From assembly GCA_013265495.1 (NCBI GenBank), contig MU059330.1, positions 14,083,980 through 14,147,979 of the forward strand: 64,000 bases of DNA, written 5' to 3'. The first letter of the stretch is position 1; every line of letters begins with the position of its first letter. The notes beneath the pieces are model-generated. The model saw nothing but the letters and a program-made list of their open reading frames with translations, made no database searches and had not been told where the DNA came from. Below, in pieces: positions 61,501-64,000 of this stretch. Both the position numbers and the translations under genes were made by a program. This DNA is from Vicugna vicugna (Eukaryota).

Positions 61501-61661
61501 CTCCCGCGTGAGTGAGCGCTGCCCACCCCCACTGATCTGCACTCCTCCCAGCCTGTGACCTCATGCACCTCCCCGCCAACTCCTCAAAGCCTCAAAACCG
61601 CAGATTTTAGTGACACTCCGAGGAGGATTCCCAGTGGAATGGGAGCAGGGGAGGGAGGGGC

Positions 61662-61930
61662 TGTTACAGGATGAACTGTCTCCTCCAAATTTACACGCTG
61701 ACTCCTGAACCCCCAGGACCTCAGGGCGTCACTGAACTCGGACAGAAGGCCTTTAAGGAGGTAATCAAGCTGGAAGGCTCACCAGGGAGGGCCCTCGTCC
61801 AATCTGAGTGGTGCCATCGGAGGAGAGGCGATTAGGGCACGGCATGTGAGGGATGTGAGGACACAGGAGGGGGCTTCCCGCCTTCAGGACTCGGACAAGG
61901 GACGTCTGATGCTGAAACGTTGGAGCCACC
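61662..61930 (+). mobile_element. MaLR (MLT1A/B-like) LTR relic
   Basis: tgttacaggatgaactgtctcctccaaattt...ggcctttaaggaggtaatcaag...gggccctcgtccaatctgagtggtgcc. Confidence 0.65.
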
Positions 61931-62779
61931 ACAGGAAACCCACGCGGACCTAGGGCCGGGCCCCCCTCACCCCTCCCTCCAGCCCAGCGACACCTCACGG
62001 GGCAGCTGTCCAACAAACGATGGTCCGACGGCCGGCACGACCCAGCGTGGCCAGCTGCCCCTTCATGCTGGCCCAGGCTGCGGGTCTCCAGTCATTCGCT
62101 CCTCCCACAGGCGAATCGTCCTGATTTCTCAAAAGGTCACACTGGGAGAGGTTACACGACTCATCTGAAAGCCGGGCCCAGCGTCTGGGACTGATCGGTC
62201 ATGGCAACTTCACTCCTCCGCAATGATATCTAGAAAGTCAGGGGACTCCCCCGGGGAAGAGGCGCAGAAGCCGGCACCCCGCCTCCACCTCCGAACTGCT
62301 CCTGCTGTTTCTCACGTTTGACCCCAGTGGCCCCGACACCGCATTCCCCAGCTTCTCTTAAACAGGGCTTCACTTCTGACTGCATCCTGCAGCGCTTGTC
62401 CCCACTGCCCTGGGCTGGGTGCACTGTGTTCGGGGTGCTCCTTGAGCCCCTGAAACCCCCAAGTGCAGCACAGACGGCGCACAGAGCAAGCACAGACCCC
62501 GTGCCGACGGGGCCAGCCAGCTCTCGTGATCAGAGAAACACCGGTGAGAACTCCACCGCGGCAGAGCCGCACCCCTCAGGCGGGCTGACGCAGGACCCTG
62601 GAGGCAGAGCTCACCCTGCTGGCAGGGCTCCGAGCAGTGGGCCACCCGGGGAAGGACCAGGGTGGTCCCTGGGACGGCAGGTGCATTTACCACCTGAATC
62701 AACACCACCACTTCCTAGAGTCTGTTTCAGAGACGCACCGTCAAAAAATATGAGACAATGCATGTCCCAGCTTATGCAT

Positions 62780-64000
62780 TAGAGCCCTGGTTTTAATTAC
62801 CAGAGGCTGGAAACCACCCAGTCGTCTATCAATATGGAGGTCGTTGAATAAACTGTGGTACATCCGCAAAACGGACAATGTGCAGCCGTAAAGAGATATG
62901 AAAAACACCTCTACTTACTGTATGGTGTTCTCTCCAAGGCATAGGGGAAAAAAGAATTTAAAAAACCCACTGGAAATTCCAGAGACAAAAAATGTAACAC
63001 CCAAAATGAGAAATTCCAGACTGAGCTTAACAGCGGTTTAGAACTTGCAAGAAAGCATCAGTGGCTTAAACACGGAGATGCAGAAAGCGCTCAGGCCCAG
63101 CACAAGATGGGACAGACGCTGAAAACCTGACAGAGCCTCGGTGGCGCTGGGGCCGCAGGCTGCTGACACACACGCCCCAAGAGGAAGCAGACAGGAAGTG
63201 CCGAAGAAATCTTGGCTGCGGCGTTCCTAAATCTGATGGAACCCACAAATTGAGTAAGTTCGATAAGCCACAAGCAGGACGAAGGGAAAGCATGACAGCA
63301 AACTGCCAAACACCAGCGACTTTTCCAAAAATGCTAAAAGCAGCCAGAGGAAGGACACACACGATGTGCAGCGAAGCAGAGACGCGGGCGGCACAGGTGC
63401 TGAGTCTCACCAGAGACGGCGCGAGGAGGACGGTAGGACAGCACCCTTAACATTCAGCTGGAAGAAAAACTGCCCATCGACCTGGAATCCTACACTTGGT
63501 GAAAAATATCTTTCAAAAAAGAGAGGGCAAATTAAACTCATTTCCATACCCGCATGGCTGGCAGGACTCACCACCAGCAGACCTGCAAACAAGAAACGCT
63601 CACAGAGGTTATTGGGGCTCAAGGAGTAAACACCAGCCAGGAGCCAGGGCGGGCGCGCACAAAGGAGCTGAGACAGCGGGGATAAAACATGCCTTTGCTC
63701 ATTTTCAATTGACTTACGAGCTAACCGACTGCTCAAAGCAAAAATGACAGTGGAGTTGACGGCACACCTGGAAGTGAAAAGTATGACCAGTAAGCAAGAA
63801 ACAGGAGAGCAGAAGTGAGACTTCACGACCTGAAGCTGTCGCAGCCCACGTGAAGAGCTGCAGTAAGGCCTGAAGGCAGACCGTCTCAAGGTAAAGCAGC
63901 ATACTGACAACTGTCCAGCAGGAAAACCACTGAACAGAACGGAACAAGGCCTGGCTGAGAGGCCAACAAAGAAGGGACACTTCAACCCTTAAAGTACAAA
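62780..64000 (+). mobile_element. LINE-1 relics (short 3' piece, then ORF1-like region, truncated by the window end)
   Basis: aataaactgtggtacatcc (L1 3' motif). Then aaaatgctaaaagcagccagagga, gtgaaaaatatctttcaaaaa and ccagcagacctgc (ORF1 C-terminal motifs). Confidence 0.65.

Noticed and set aside
43010-64000. Looked for exons of the usual neighbours (CLPTM1L downstream; LPCAT1 upstream in 1-7100)
   Set aside because: No exon-like sequence of either gene recognised; they probably lie outside the window.

Overview
Mammalian genomic DNA (GC-rich) containing the complete dopamine transporter gene SLC6A3 (DAT1) on the + strand. It has a CpG-island promoter and non-coding exon 1 (~7750-7824), 14 coding exons (ATG 9695 to TAA 41744; 1854 nt, 617 aa) and a 3'UTR ending near AATAAA 42985. 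Every coding exon has AG/GT boundaries and, as I recall them, the human exon lengths, except exon 4, which is 9 nt shorter. A tRNA-derived SINE resembling the camelid Vic-1 family suggests a camel, llama or alpaca. The rest is old LINE-1, MaLR/ERV LTR, MIR and MER5 relics, simple repeats and one 143-N gap; I found no other gene. Most notable: (1) a tandem duplication of the exon 13 acceptor plus 102 nt of exon that would give a stop-free, in-frame 60-aa insertion; (2) wild-type Val at human position 559, which is the A559V neuropsychiatric, anomalous-efflux variant in humans; (3) loss of the Zn2+ ligand His193 (Arg) and of substrate-site Phe326 (Leu); (4) a compressed REST/RE1 site in intron 10; (5) a paired Nurr1 NBRE cluster ~5 kb 3' of the gene; (6) an unidentified retroposed fragment with target-site duplications in intron 4. 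Residue numbers are human DAT numbering. Comparisons with other species and repeat-family names are from recall, not searches. I see no evidence of a wholly new biological system; the findings are lineage-specific variations of a known gene plus candidate cis-elements.
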